64,000 nt of DNA from the IMG/VR virus record IMGVR_UViG_3300036766_000670, positions 14,591 through 78,590 of that record; one strand, given 5' to 3'. Source of the DNA: a virus. The notes beneath the pieces are model-generated. The model was not told where the DNA came from, searched no databases, and worked only from the letters and a program-made list of their open reading frames with translations. Every line of letters begins with the position of its first letter. The first letter of the stretch is position 1. Both the position numbers and the translations under genes were made by a program. Positions 29,386 to 39,015 of this stretch are shown here, piece after piece.

Positions 29386-29640
29386 ATGATTAAATCTCTG
29401 CTTCTATTTCACATCGACAAACCTATATTTGGCAACGGAACGTTTTTTGGATCTTATGGTGTAATAGCCGCCAGTTGGTTTCATTTGATTCCGTCTTTTT
29501 TCGGCATCGTAGGAGCAATAACTGGGGGAATAACGGGTATTATAATTCTCACCGCTCAAATTTACAATAATGGGGGATTCAGGGGGGTATGGTATAAAAT
29601 AAAACATTTGTGGGAAGGAGATAGTCCCAAATCGTTGTAA
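29386..29640 (+). CDS. small membrane protein (holin-like?)
   Basis: 84 aa with Gly-rich hydrophobic segments; TATTTATA upstream. Confidence 0.45.
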   Translation: MIKSLLLFHIDKPIFGNGTFFGSYGVIAASWFHLIPSFFGIVGAITGGITGIIILTAQIYNNGGFRGVWYKIKHLWEGDSPKSL

Positions 29641-29721
29641 AATGTGAAGAAAATTTCATTTGACAAAATAGAGCGGCTTTTCTAGGCGGGGAGATATATT
29701 TATAAGAGGCGATCTATTCAT

Positions 29722-30456
29722 ATGAAACCAGAGACATTTAGACAACTTATCCGAAGAGTCCTCAACGAGGAAGTTGAAAAAACCAGCGTTACCGGCAAGA
29801 CTACATTTAACCGTGTGCCAGAAATTGTACATGGTGAGGATTACAAAGAGATCATGCCTAATAAGCGTGCTGATATGAGCAAGGATAATTTACTCGCTGA
29901 TATGGACAAAGTAGTTAAGGCAATTGATCCCGAGTACATAGTTGTATGGGACGATCACGATGATATTTCAATTTCTGCAAGAGATTTATTCCGTATTCGA
30001 ATCATTCCTAAATGGGAAGGTAATTTTTGCATTGAAGCAATGACACGCAATGAAGATCGCATTTATATCACTGGCCAGACATGGGAACAAGTTAAACAGT
30101 TTGTAAAAGTTAATCTAAAAGACTCTAAAACCAAGGTTGATGTGGCTTATGATAAATCAAAGAAGAATGTAACGGCTGATGAAACTTCGGCTCCAGACAA
30201 AGGGATGCCTCAGAAGGATAAGCCAAATATTTTGCCACTTACTAATGAACCTCCGAAAGAAACCAAAAACAAAGAGAGAGATTACACCGAAAAACAAGTT
30301 AAGAAGGAGAAAGATTTACCAGAAAAACCAATGAAAGAGGTTGAAGATTTCGAGAGACAAAAAGAACATAGAGTAATGAGTCCGCTTAAAATTCGTAGAG
30401 AAAGAACCAAATATCCGGTCAAAAAGCCGAATACTACTTTAACAGTTAAGTTGTAA
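29722..30456 (+). CDS. hypothetical protein, possibly virion-associated
   Basis: 244 aa; N-terminal FRQLIRRVLNEE; TATTTATA upstream. Confidence 0.6.
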   Translation: MKPETFRQLIRRVLNEEVEKTSVTGKTTFNRVPEIVHGEDYKEIMPNKRADMSKDNLLADMDKVVKAIDPEYIVVWDDHDDISISARDLFRIRIIPKWEGNFCIEAMTRNEDRIYITGQTWEQVKQFVKVNLKDSKTKVDVAYDKSKKNVTADETSAPDKGMPQKDKPNILPLTNEPPKETKNKERDYTEKQVKKEKDLPEKPMKEVEDFERQKEHRVMSPLKIRRERTKYPVKKPNTTLTVKL

Positions 30457-30484
30457 TTTGTTTGTTCGATGATTAGGGGAAGGG

Positions 30485-30512
30485 AGGGAGCAAGTCGCTT
30501 GCTCCCTTCTTC
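30485..30512 (+). terminator. terminator-like hairpin
   Basis: agggagcaag-tcg-cttgctccct followed by tcttc. Confidence 0.55.
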
Positions 30513-30540
30513 ATGTACCGAGATAAAACACCCTTTTTTC

Positions 30541-30568
30541 TTGACATCTAACCGGAATATGATATACT
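30541..30568 (+). promoter_or_regulatory. sigma70-like promoter
   Basis: TTGACA-16-TATACT, 7 nt before ATG 30576. Confidence 0.6.
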
Positions 30569-30575
30569 ACCATCA

Positions 30576-31508
30576 ATGAATGAGGTAGAAATTGAGGATG
30601 TTCTGCGTACTTGTGTTGCGCTTAAACCCAAGGAATTAATAATCAGTGACTTAAAATGGAAGTACCTTGTACGTGCAGTTTTGCGTGCAAAAAATATTAT
30701 GATTATCGGCCCCTCTGGATGCGCTAAAACAATGGCGGCAAGGTGTGTTGCTACGGCTTTAAAGCGTCCGTTTGAAAAATTCAATATTGGAAGCACTCAG
30801 GATGCTCGTGCAACTCTTATTGGAAATACCACCTACAAAAAAGAAACGGGTACTATATTTCACAAGTCGGCTTTTGTTAAGGCAATAAGCACTCCTAAAA
30901 CAGTCGTTCTTTTAGATGAATTCACCCGTGGCACTCACGATGCCTGGAATATTTTAATGACCGTGACAGATCCTACTCAACGATGCTTGCGGTTAGATGA
31001 GGATGAGGAAAGTTCTGTTATCAATGTGGCCGAAGATGTTAGTTTTATTGCCACAGCGAATATTGGAAATGAATATACAGCCACCAAAGTTCTTGACAAA
31101 GCAAGTGCAAGACGTTTTCCCATAAAACTGGAAATGTCTCCTCTCAAGGGGAAAGAATTGAGGCATTTATTTAGCATTTTGTTTCCAAAACGAACTGTTG
31201 CCCAAGAAGAATTGATGAAAACTCTCACGAAGATTTCTGATGATTTGATTGCCCAATGTAAAATCGAGGATGCCTCAATTTCTACTTTTATTGCTCCCGC
31301 AAATATGGTAGAGATGGGAGAATTAGTTATGGATGGATTTGGCCTTGAAGAAATTGCCGAAGCTGCTATTTATCCGGAATACCCCGATGATGGTGGGGCC
31401 GATTCTGAACGGACATTTACTAAAAGTGTGCTTCAAAAGTACTTCCCAAGTGACGCCAAGAGTCCAATCAACGATCCTCTGGCGGGGAAGCGAGTCGAAG
31501 AGTTCTAA
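30576..31508 (+). CDS. MoxR-family AAA+ ATPase (CbbQ/NorQ/CobS-like)
   Basis: GPSGCAKT; LLDEFTR; FIATANIGNEY; LDKASARRF. Confidence 0.88.
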   Translation: MNEVEIEDVLRTCVALKPKELIISDLKWKYLVRAVLRAKNIMIIGPSGCAKTMAARCVATALKRPFEKFNIGSTQDARATLIGNTTYKKETGTIFHKSAFVKAISTPKTVVLLDEFTRGTHDAWNILMTVTDPTQRCLRLDEDEESSVINVAEDVSFIATANIGNEYTATKVLDKASARRFPIKLEMSPLKGKELRHLFSILFPKRTVAQEELMKTLTKISDDLIAQCKIEDASISTFIAPANMVEMGELVMDGFGLEEIAEAAIYPEYPDDGGADSERTFTKSVLQKYFPSDAKSPINDPLAGKRVEEF

Positions 31509-31822
31509 TGAAAAAAGTTATAGTAAAATGTTTGGGTAAAACGGATGAGTTTAAAATTGATCCGAAGGTTTTCGATGACATTTATTATGAAGCTGCTATT
31601 CGCTTTCTTAAAAAAGGAAAGGATCAAGCGTCATTTAGAGTTTCTGCTGTAATAGAGTGTTTTGATAAAAATTTTTTGAAAATTGACAGAAAACATTTTT
31701 ATTATAACACATATCACGTACTAATTGGTGCTGGAATGTGTGGAAAAGCTGAAATGCTTCGTAGTAAATTTCTCAAGGAATTTGGAATCGATCTTCAAAA
31801 AGAAAAATTGAGAGATAAATAA
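31508..31822 (+). CDS. hypothetical protein
   Basis: 104-aa ORF overlapping both neighbours by 1 nt. Confidence 0.55.
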   Translation: MKKVIVKCLGKTDEFKIDPKVFDDIYYEAAIRFLKKGKDQASFRVSAVIECFDKNFLKIDRKHFYYNTYHVLIGAGMCGKAEMLRSKFLKEFGIDLQKEKLRDK

Positions 31823-32493
31823 TGTTTTCATACTACGGAAGGAAGTCTAAGGTTGTTAGGTATTATCCCAGTTCGTTGTATAATACTATAATAGAACCAT
31901 TTGCTGGCACCGCTGTTTATAGTTTATTTCGTGACAACTGGAAGAAAAATGTAGTATTGATTGACAAATATAATGTGGTAGTAAGAATATGGAAATATCT
32001 ACAATCTGCTACACCCGATGATATTCTAAAACTTCCAGATGTTAATAATGGGGAAGAACTTGTAAAAGTAAACGGCTTTAGCCAACTATTACAGGAAGAG
32101 AAGTGGTTAATAGGATTTTCGGTTAATAACGGAAGTGGAATGCCGAAAAATGTTGCGGGCAGAATGAATTTCAATTCATGGTTTCGGGATAAAAAAAGAA
32201 TTGCCAGAGATTTGTATAAGATAAAACATTGGCAAATAAAATGTGATGATTATACGAATGTGGAAAATGTAATAGCAACCTGGTTTATAGATCCGCCATA
32301 TCAGTTTGGTGGGGAATATTATAAGCATAGAGATATTGATTATAACACTTTATCAGAATGGTGTAAATCAAGAAAAGGACAAGTAATAGTTTGTGAAAAT
32401 TCCAAGGCAAATTGGTTGCCGTTTGTTCCACTAAAAAAGATGAGTGGACAGTTGCATATAACGACCGAAGCAATGTACTATCAGGAAACTTAA
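31822..32493 (+). CDS. DNA adenine methyltransferase (D12/Dam-like, alpha class)
   Basis: YYGRK, IEPFAG, FIDPPY. Confidence 0.85.
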   Translation: MFSYYGRKSKVVRYYPSSLYNTIIEPFAGTAVYSLFRDNWKKNVVLIDKYNVVVRIWKYLQSATPDDILKLPDVNNGEELVKVNGFSQLLQEEKWLIGFSVNNGSGMPKNVAGRMNFNSWFRDKKRIARDLYKIKHWQIKCDDYTNVENVIATWFIDPPYQFGGEYYKHRDIDYNTLSEWCKSRKGQVIVCENSKANWLPFVPLKKMSGQLHITTEAMYYQET

Positions 32494-32494
32494 A

Positions 32495-32797
32495 ATGTAT
32501 AGAAGTAGAAGAGTGGAAAATTTTCCTCATAATTCCTTTTATATGGAAATAGAAGAGGGTGTTAGGCAATGGGTATATTTATTGAGAAATGTGGGAATAA
32601 ATACTGAGTGTTCCTGTCATCACAAAGGTTATATTCAATGTCAAACATTAGATCCAACAACCGAAATTTTTAGAATAAAAAGTGTACTTTTGGAAAATGG
32701 AATAGAAGATTTTGATATATCTATTATTCATAAAGGAACTAAGTGTAGTTCTTTGGAAATTCATTCTCCATCTTTTGTGAAAAATTGTAATGTATAG
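32495..32797 (+). CDS. hypothetical protein
   Basis: 100-aa ORF with GINTECSCHH. Confidence 0.5.
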   Translation: MYRSRRVENFPHNSFYMEIEEGVRQWVYLLRNVGINTECSCHHKGYIQCQTLDPTTEIFRIKSVLLENGIEDFDISIIHKGTKCSSLEIHSPSFVKNCNV

Positions 32798-35099
32798 AGG
32801 AAAAGTTATATCACCTGCCGAAGTTGATTTCTGGCTGGATTTTGATAAGTATGTAAATTACTTTTCAAGCACTTCGGGAAATGTAAATGATGTCGGTATT
32901 TTCACTATTGACATGGTACGTCTATCCTCTATCCGGAAAGCGGTTTCCAATTTTGTTCGTATTTTAACTCGCAGCCCCATTCCTGTCTATTTTAATGATG
33001 TCGAGGCTAATTTCAATCTCGGAGGTAAAGTCATTTATATTTCTGCGACAATTAACTCCAAGCAGGATTTTGATGTCGCCGTGGGTCAAGCTCTTCATGA
33101 AGGCGCACACACGGTTAAGACTAACTTTGATGTTGTTAAAAATGCCTGGGCAAATATCCCATCTAAAATTCTCAAATTATCTGACTCAAAAAATATTCGC
33201 CGGGCATCTTTGGAAAAGTTTATTCATAATATATGGAATGTCATTGAAGATAGATATATTGATAATTACGTATTCAATGAAGCCCCGGGTTATCGTGGAT
33301 ATTATGTTGCTTTGTACAATAGGTTTTGGAATAATCCCGAAGTTGATGAACTATTGCTCAGTGATAAATTTCGATATCCAAGCCTGGATTCTTACAGTTT
33401 TCGTATCACCAACTTTACTAATGTGAATACAGATCTTCTTGCTTTGCCTCGTCTTTCGGATATTGCTTATACTATTGACATTTCTCATATTGACCGTTTG
33501 AAGAAAACCAAGGATAGAATTGAAAAAGCATTTGAAGTAACGGAAATTGCATTGGATTGTTTAGATGGGACTCCTCAATGTTTTGGTCTTAGTTTATTAG
33601 GTAAAAAAGTAGTAATAAAACAATCAAAAGATAATCTTGCCGATCCCAGAGATTATTTCGATTTTGATGACGAATCTGACAAAAAATCAAAAGGCGAAGA
33701 TAAAAAGGATAAGGAAAAAAAGAATAGTGATAGCGAAAAAGAAGATGTTGATGTCGGAAAAAAGATGGTTGATGAAATTTCTGATGTTTTGACTGGGAAG
33801 GATCAAGAACCCGAGAAACTGAAAGAAAATAGTGATGTGGTAAATAGGATTTCCGAGGAAGATAATATTGAGAGAGAAGTTAAAAAGAAGATTAAGGATG
33901 TTGTCGAGTCTCAGCGTCAATTCCTGGCAGGAGAAATTCCTAAGACTATTGTGACAGAACAACAGAAATCTCTACTTGATTTGGTAGAAAAGCATGGTAT
34001 TGTCATTGTACAAGTTGATGTTCCCAATATTTTATCGGGCGATGATAAAAATCTTAAGGTAGATTGTATTGTGGTTCAGAAAATGACCAAAGAACTTGTT
34101 TTTTCGGGTCGGGAAGTATTCCCGCTATCAAGTGTTATGAAGATCGGGGATCAAATTCCCAAACCAGAGAAAGAAATGGTGGAAGCGGTAAGAAAAGGAG
34201 TACAACTTGGCATTAAACTTGGTCGAAAATTGCAAATTCGTGCCGAGGTTCATCCTATCAAAATAGTCCGCAAGAAATGGGGGAAAATTAACAAGCGTCA
34301 AATACACGAAGCAGCGTTTGATGCTGAGGATTTATTCTATAAAATTAAAATTGACGATCATCATCGTGCCAATTTGCATATTACCGTGGATGCTAGTAGC
34401 TCTATGACCGGAAACAAGTGGCTAAGAACAATGACAGCCGTTGTCGCCATTTGTAAAGCTGCTTCGATGATCGATAATGTTCACATCACAGTGTCATTCA
34501 GATCCACACAAGCATCGGGAATAATGGCATTGCCTTATATCGTGTTTGCTTACGACTCAAAAAAGGATAAATTCTCTAAAATTCGTACTCTATTTCCATA
34601 TCTATTGCCGAATGGGTGTACTCCAGAAGGATTAGCATTCGGTGCAATTATGAATTTGTTTGAAGGAATCACACCAGACGAAGAAGATCGCTACTTTCTC
34701 AATTTATCGGATGGAGAACCGTATTATTTATTGAGCGTTCCCAACTCTGGTCTTGCTCTTTCATATTCAGGAGAAGTAGGGGCAACCCATACAAAGGCAC
34801 AAGTAGATAAGATCCGTCGCCACGGAGTTGAAATATTGAGTTATTTTATTGAAGAGGACTATAGCTGGCGATTTCAGACAGCAGCGGGGCAAAATCTAAA
34901 AAAGAAGCCCGAAGAAATGACTAAAGAAGAACTTGAGGAAGAGAAACGATTACAGCTAGAGAAAGAACAAAGTCCTCTTCGTAAAAACTTCCGAAGGATG
35001 TATGGACCTTCGGCAAAATTTATTGAAGTTAATGATATCGTTCCTTTAGCAAAAACAATGAATGATTTATTTTTGAGTAAAAACAGAAATTGTTCTTGA
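32790..35099 (+). CDS. vWA-domain protein with N-terminal HExxH metallopeptidase-like domain (CobT-like MoxR partner)
   Basis: LHEGAH...NVIEDRYID; MIDAS DASSSM, TPEG, LSDGEP. Confidence 0.85.
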   Translation: MYRGKVISPAEVDFWLDFDKYVNYFSSTSGNVNDVGIFTIDMVRLSSIRKAVSNFVRILTRSPIPVYFNDVEANFNLGGKVIYISATINSKQDFDVAVGQALHEGAHTVKTNFDVVKNAWANIPSKILKLSDSKNIRRASLEKFIHNIWNVIEDRYIDNYVFNEAPGYRGYYVALYNRFWNNPEVDELLLSDKFRYPSLDSYSFRITNFTNVNTDLLALPRLSDIAYTIDISHIDRLKKTKDRIEKAFEVTEIALDCLDGTPQCFGLSLLGKKVVIKQSKDNLADPRDYFDFDDESDKKSKGEDKKDKEKKNSDSEKEDVDVGKKMVDEISDVLTGKDQEPEKLKENSDVVNRISEEDNIEREVKKKIKDVVESQRQFLAGEIPKTIVTEQQKSLLDLVEKHGIVIVQVDVPNILSGDDKNLKVDCIVVQKMTKELVFSGREVFPLSSVMKIGDQIPKPEKEMVEAVRKGVQLGIKLGRKLQIRAEVHPIKIVRKKWGKINKRQIHEAAFDAEDLFYKIKIDDHHRANLHITVDASSSMTGNKWLRTMTAVVAICKAASMIDNVHITVSFRSTQASGIMALPYIVFAYDSKKDKFSKIRTLFPYLLPNGCTPEGLAFGAIMNLFEGITPDEEDRYFLNLSDGEPYYLLSVPNSGLALSYSGEVGATHTKAQVDKIRRHGVEILSYFIEEDYSWRFQTAAGQNLKKKPEEMTKEELEEEKRLQLEKEQSPLRKNFRRMYGPSAKFIEVNDIVPLAKTMNDLFLSKNRNCS

Positions 35100-35374
35100 C
35101 ATTTCATACATTTTCGGGTATGATAAAACGCCATTAAGGAATAAATATGAGAATAGATGTAGTTTCAGAATACAATGATCACTATGTTCGAGCAATATTC
35201 AAATTTGAGAAGACCATCGTTGATAGTGGATTATTAAATGAGAAAGATTGTTTAGTATTAGCAGAACATCTTAGAATGGGTGCTGATAGTCTTGAACATT
35301 ATTCAAGAGTTATTGCTGATACTAAAAAACAAAAAGAAAGTTCTTGACATTTTATACATTTTGAGGTATTATAA
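35092..35374 (+). repeat. 35-bp direct repeat containing a sigma70 promoter (copies 35092-35126 and 35340-35374)
   Basis: 31/35 identical; TTGACA-17-TATGAT and TTGACA-17-TATTAT. Confidence 0.85.
35147..35347 (+). CDS. hypothetical protein between the promoter repeats
   Basis: 66 aa; SD TAAGGA. Confidence 0.6.
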   Translation: MRIDVVSEYNDHYVRAIFKFEKTIVDSGLLNEKDCLVLAEHLRMGADSLEHYSRVIADTKKQKESS

Positions 35375-35421
35375 TGTCCTACTAAGGAGTGTGTAAGCAA
35401 ACACTGATCTAGTTAAATTTT

Positions 35422-35799
35422 ATGAAGAAAAATACACGAAAAAACAAAACAAATCAAACATTAAATATGCCCAAGAAGGCATATTATACATTGAAAGAGT
35501 TATTTGCCATTAACAAACATTTCAATGCAGAAATCACAGTTAGGGTTCGACATACCAATGTTATTGAAGATGGCAGGGTTGCCGAAATTGGCGCAGTTCC
35601 TGGAGGAAAAGGTCGCCCTCAGAAGGTATATGCCTTGACTCCCGTTACCAAAACTTTGCTTGAAAAGGTCAGAGCAGACGGTATTAGTCTTGTTGATAAT
35701 GCTGAAAAACTAATCAATATTATTAACGTGGCTCCAAATACATCACCAACAACTCCGGTTGTTTCACTCGTAGGATCAAAATCAGTTGCAACGAGTTAA
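35422..35799 (+). CDS. putative winged-helix-like DNA-binding protein
   Basis: basic; GKGRPQKVYAL wing-like motif. Confidence 0.45.
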   Translation: MKKNTRKNKTNQTLNMPKKAYYTLKELFAINKHFNAEITVRVRHTNVIEDGRVAEIGAVPGGKGRPQKVYALTPVTKTLLEKVRADGISLVDNAEKLINIINVAPNTSPTTPVVSLVGSKSVATS

Positions 35800-35826
35800 T
35801 AGAACGAATGCTGTATATCCGATTAT

Positions 35827-36012
35827 ATGACCAAAGATAAAAGGATGGTAAAGGTCAAGCCGAAAAGATATCGGATATATGGCATTTTTAATTTTAAGAC
35901 GAGAAAACTGGTATATGTTAGCCTGAGTCTGGATTTAGTAGAATTCGAATTTGGGCTTGGTGAATATGGGGAAAATTGTGGTACAGTTTCGACTGACATT
36001 ATCTTATATTAG
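35827..36012 (+). CDS. hypothetical protein
   Basis: 61-aa ORF. Confidence 0.45.
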   Translation: MTKDKRMVKVKPKRYRIYGIFNFKTRKLVYVSLSLDLVEFEFGLGEYGENCGTVSTDIILY

Positions 36013-36317
36013 TAACGTCTAATATATTTTCCGATGGTTTCTATTGGTCCATGATAAATGTCAATTCTACGATAACCTTCGGAGGTCATAATGTACGAAT
36101 AAATCCAGACTTTGGAATTCGGTTTGACGTTCATTTCTCTGTCAATACCCTTGAGTGTGGTCATAACGACGTTTTTAGAACCAAAAATTATGGGTTCGAT
36201 AAAGTCATTATCGAATAAAAAAGAGGTATTAAGGTCGGGATAAAATAAATGAAATACATTGCCTATTATTTTATTTCTTTTATTTGGATTTACAACATTT
36301 TTCGGTATCATATCCAT
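36009..36317 (-). CDS. hypothetical protein
   Basis: start moved to ATG 36317 (within TATTTATG), which removes the overlap with 36374+. Confidence 0.45.
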   Translation of the reverse strand: MDMIPKNVVNPNKRNKIIGNVFHLFYPDLNTSFLFDNDFIEPIIFGSKNVVMTTLKGIDREMNVKPNSKVWIYSYIMTSEGYRRIDIYHGPIETIGKYIRRY

Positions 36318-36373
36318 AAATAGCGTTAAAATAACTTGAATGCTCTCTGGAAATATGGTATTCTCTGAAAAAT

Positions 36374-36679
36374 ATGAAAGAAATAGTTTATTTGAATCAT
36401 ACGTGTGCTCGTCTTCCGGAAGGAAAAGAAAAAGGCCGATGGAATTTTTCTGATATAGTAGCGTCACCACTTCCAATTAAATGTAAAGTTACAATAAATA
36501 AAAATATAGTAATAGATAATGTTTACGTTTACCATAAAGATAATGGCCCATATATTCTCTATAAAGATTATGAAATATATCCGGTGAGAATGGATTATGA
36601 TTCATATTATCAACTTATTGGAAAAGAAATGGTACTAGAGTTCAAGTCTGACGATTTTGTAATACAATCATGTGAATAG
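36374..36679 (+). CDS. hypothetical protein
   Basis: 101 aa; promoter TTGAAT-17-TATTCT (36336-36364). Confidence 0.5.
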   Translation: MKEIVYLNHTCARLPEGKEKGRWNFSDIVASPLPIKCKVTINKNIVIDNVYVYHKDNGPYILYKDYEIYPVRMDYDSYYQLIGKEMVLEFKSDDFVIQSCE

Positions 36680-36687
36680 ATATTGAT

Positions 36688-36852
36688 ATGGGTAAAACAT
36701 ATAGAAAAGATAACAAATTCCGATTAAAGAAAAATGGTCGTGTATTTGTAAAAGATCAACCGTGGAAGAAAAATAAACATAAAAATAATTCGCCTCCGGA
36801 AGAGAAACCTCTTCCAGAACCGGCGGATTATCTCAACCAATTTCTTAACTGA
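36688..36852 (+). CDS. small basic protein (54 aa), absent from the ORF track
   Basis: MGKTYRKDNKFRLKKNG...; fills the gap between neighbours. Confidence 0.45.
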   Translation: MGKTYRKDNKFRLKKNGRVFVKDQPWKKNKHKNNSPPEEKPLPEPADYLNQFLN

Positions 36853-36854
36853 CT

Positions 36855-37073
36855 ATGACAACATTTTTCATGCTAATAGCGTACATCCTATTGATAGGAT
36901 TGGGAATGTTATTTTACTTATTGCATAACCGAGTGGAAAATTTGGCAACAAAACTTAACCAGTCGGTGCAATGGCAGATTATTCTAAGAGACAATCAAGA
37001 CGTTCTCCAAAATGATTTCAAGAGACTTTTCAATGAGTTCCAAAATATCAAAAAAGAAGTCAATCAAAAATGA
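36855..37073 (+). CDS. small membrane-anchored coiled-coil protein
   Basis: N-terminal hydrophobic helix. Confidence 0.55.
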   Translation: MTTFFMLIAYILLIGLGMLFYLLHNRVENLATKLNQSVQWQIILRDNQDVLQNDFKRLFNEFQNIKKEVNQK

Positions 37074-37143
37074 GGAGCCGAAAAGATGTCAGAGAAAAAT
37101 AGTTTTCCGAAGGAAAAATTACTTAAACAAAAAAAGGAATTAT

Positions 37144-37482
37144 ATGGAAGCGGGTGAAATGGATTGTAAAATAGCAGAAGCAATTGGTTGGACACTTATA
37201 CAACGATGTGAAGAACTAGATGATCTCTATGCCCTTATATATGGATTGCCGCCTGGAGTAATAATACAATCAGAAAAAGAATATGACTCCAAATGTCAAA
37301 TAGTACCCCGCTTTGTCCGCTTTCCACCAGATATAAAAGCAAGGTGTGATGCTAAACAAACACTTACACAAGAAGAATTAAAACGTTATGACGTAGAATT
37401 GGAAAATATGTCCTCAAAATTAAAACAAAGATATCAATGTGGTGAAACTTTCTTACGTATAAAAAATCTGTGGAAAGAATAA
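37144..37482 (+). CDS. hypothetical protein
   Basis: AGGA before ATG 37144; DCKIAEAIGW. Confidence 0.5.
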   Translation: MEAGEMDCKIAEAIGWTLIQRCEELDDLYALIYGLPPGVIIQSEKEYDSKCQIVPRFVRFPPDIKARCDAKQTLTQEELKRYDVELENMSSKLKQRYQCGETFLRIKNLWKE

Positions 37483-37515
37483 TTTGAAATAAAAAAGCAA
37501 ACTACAGGAGACGAG

Positions 37516-38001
37516 ATGAAAAGGATTAATGACAATCTTCCAAAGAAGAAGTCATTATTTGATCACGTAAAGCATATTCGGCAAGTTCAAGACCCGAATT
37601 ATTACATTAATCTTTCCGAAGATGATCGGAAAAGTTTTAATCACTTCATGATTCTTCGAGCATTGGCAATGGATGAAAGTCTTGTTGAGGATATATCTCA
37701 ATTATTTCAAATATTTGACAAAATACCTTCTCCACAGTTTTACCAATTTCTCATCGCTTTAGTTCCTAGAAACAATAGGTTCTGTCCGTGGGTAAAGTCA
37801 AAAGTAATGAAACACAAACCGGCCTTGCTTGGTTATGTTGCTAAACGATTCCAAGTTTCCAAATATCAGGCTAATGACTATGTAAATCTTTTGTTGCGAA
37901 CTGAAAAGGGACAGGAAGAACTTGTGGCTATTTGTAAAACTTTTGGCCTTGAGGATAAGGAAGTTGAGGATTTGTTTGAAGAGAGAAAGTATGATGAATG
38001 A
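37516..38001 (+). CDS. clamp loader small subunit (T4 gp62-like)
   Basis: LFDHVKHI...FNHFMILRALAM...YQFLIALVP...WVK. Confidence 0.65.
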   Translation: MKRINDNLPKKKSLFDHVKHIRQVQDPNYYINLSEDDRKSFNHFMILRALAMDESLVEDISQLFQIFDKIPSPQFYQFLIALVPRNNRFCPWVKSKVMKHKPALLGYVAKRFQVSKYQANDYVNLLLRTEKGQEELVAICKTFGLEDKEVEDLFEERKYDE

Positions 38002-38173
38002 TATGAAAACAAAACCGACATTTGAAGATGTAAGAAAAGTGGAAACCGAACTACTACATTGCCGACCGAGGCAACGCCTGCCCAGGATGAACGTGGAAAT
38101 AGAACTTACGATGCAGGATAAACATTATGGCAAACAAAAAACTATCAGATCTTCCCCGAGTAACTGCCGATGA
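37991..38173 (+). CDS. hypothetical protein
   Basis: short ORF in the operon. Confidence 0.35.
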   Translation: MMNDMKTKPTFEDVRKVETELLHCRPRQRLPRMNVEIELTMQDKHYGKQKTIRSSPSNCR

Positions 38174-38471
38174 TCTTATTAAGGCGGGGATGGACAATGA
38201 TACATTGGTATTTATATCAATCCCTAACGAATCATCATACGCAATAAAAGTTTCTGAATTGCGGAAATTGACATCGTTATGGAGACATTGGTTAAAATTC
38301 AGGAGGATATTTATAAATGAAAGTAGTCGGAATAGCAGGATATGCGAGATGCGGGAAGGATACATTCGTGGGGATAGCGAAGAACATTTTAATGAAGAAC
38401 GGCTATCTCCCCTTCCGTGTGGCATTTGCGGACCAGTTGAAGAAAGAAGCTCAATCAATGCTGGAGGCTAA
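38127..38471 (+). CDS. hypothetical protein (3' end overlaps the kinase gene)
   Basis: AGGA + ATG; MANKKLSDLP start. Confidence 0.4.
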   Translation: MANKKLSDLPRVTADDLIKAGMDNDTLVFISIPNESSYAIKVSELRKLTSLWRHWLKFRRIFINESSRNSRICEMREGYIRGDSEEHFNEERLSPLPCGICGPVEERSSINAGG

Positions 38472-39015
38472 TGCCTTTAAGGCATCGGTTTATACCGATG
38501 TCAGTGAAGAAAAAACCTTGATCCGTCCTCTTCTCGTATGGTGGGGATGTCAGCGAAGATATGAAAGCCCCGAGGGGTTATATTGGGTAAATATTGCCGA
38601 TGAAATAATCCACAATTACATGGCGATGACCCATCATACTATGGATACTGATGAAAATAAGCTTATAACTTTTGTATCTGACGTTCGATTTCCGAATGAA
38701 GCCAAATGGATTCATGAAAAGTGGGACGGAACAGTTATTCATTTGAAACGATATAGTATGAACTGGCGAAAGGGAGGTCAAGATGGAAGCGACCTATATC
38801 ATGTGAAAGAGTACGACCCCGCTCCAAACGAGGAAGAAGAGAAACAAGATCCTATCGTTCAGAAAATGGCGGATCACTGTATCGAGTGGCAAAACAAGAA
38901 AAAAATGACAAGTGCCGAAGCGATAGAAGATTTAGAACTTCAAAAAATAGTTTTGGAAGCCCTCAACTCAACGAAATTTTTCAAACATCCAACTATCGGG
39001 ATATTATCCCAATAA
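38317..39015 (+). CDS. deoxynucleoside monophosphate kinase (T4 gp1-like)
   Basis: GIAGYARCGKDT, AFADQLK, RPLLVWWG, SDVRFPNE. Confidence 0.85.
   Translation: MKVVGIAGYARCGKDTFVGIAKNILMKNGYLPFRVAFADQLKKEAQSMLEANAFKASVYTDVSEEKTLIRPLLVWWGCQRRYESPEGLYWVNIADEIIHNYMAMTHHTMDTDENKLITFVSDVRFPNEAKWIHEKWDGTVIHLKRYSMNWRKGGQDGSDLYHVKEYDPAPNEEEEKQDPIVQKMADHCIEWQNKKKMTSAEAIEDLELQKIVLEALNSTKFFKHPTIGILSQ

Noticed and set aside
29659-29690. TTGACA as a sigma70 promoter for 29722
   Set aside because: No acceptable -10 element at 16-18 nt spacing
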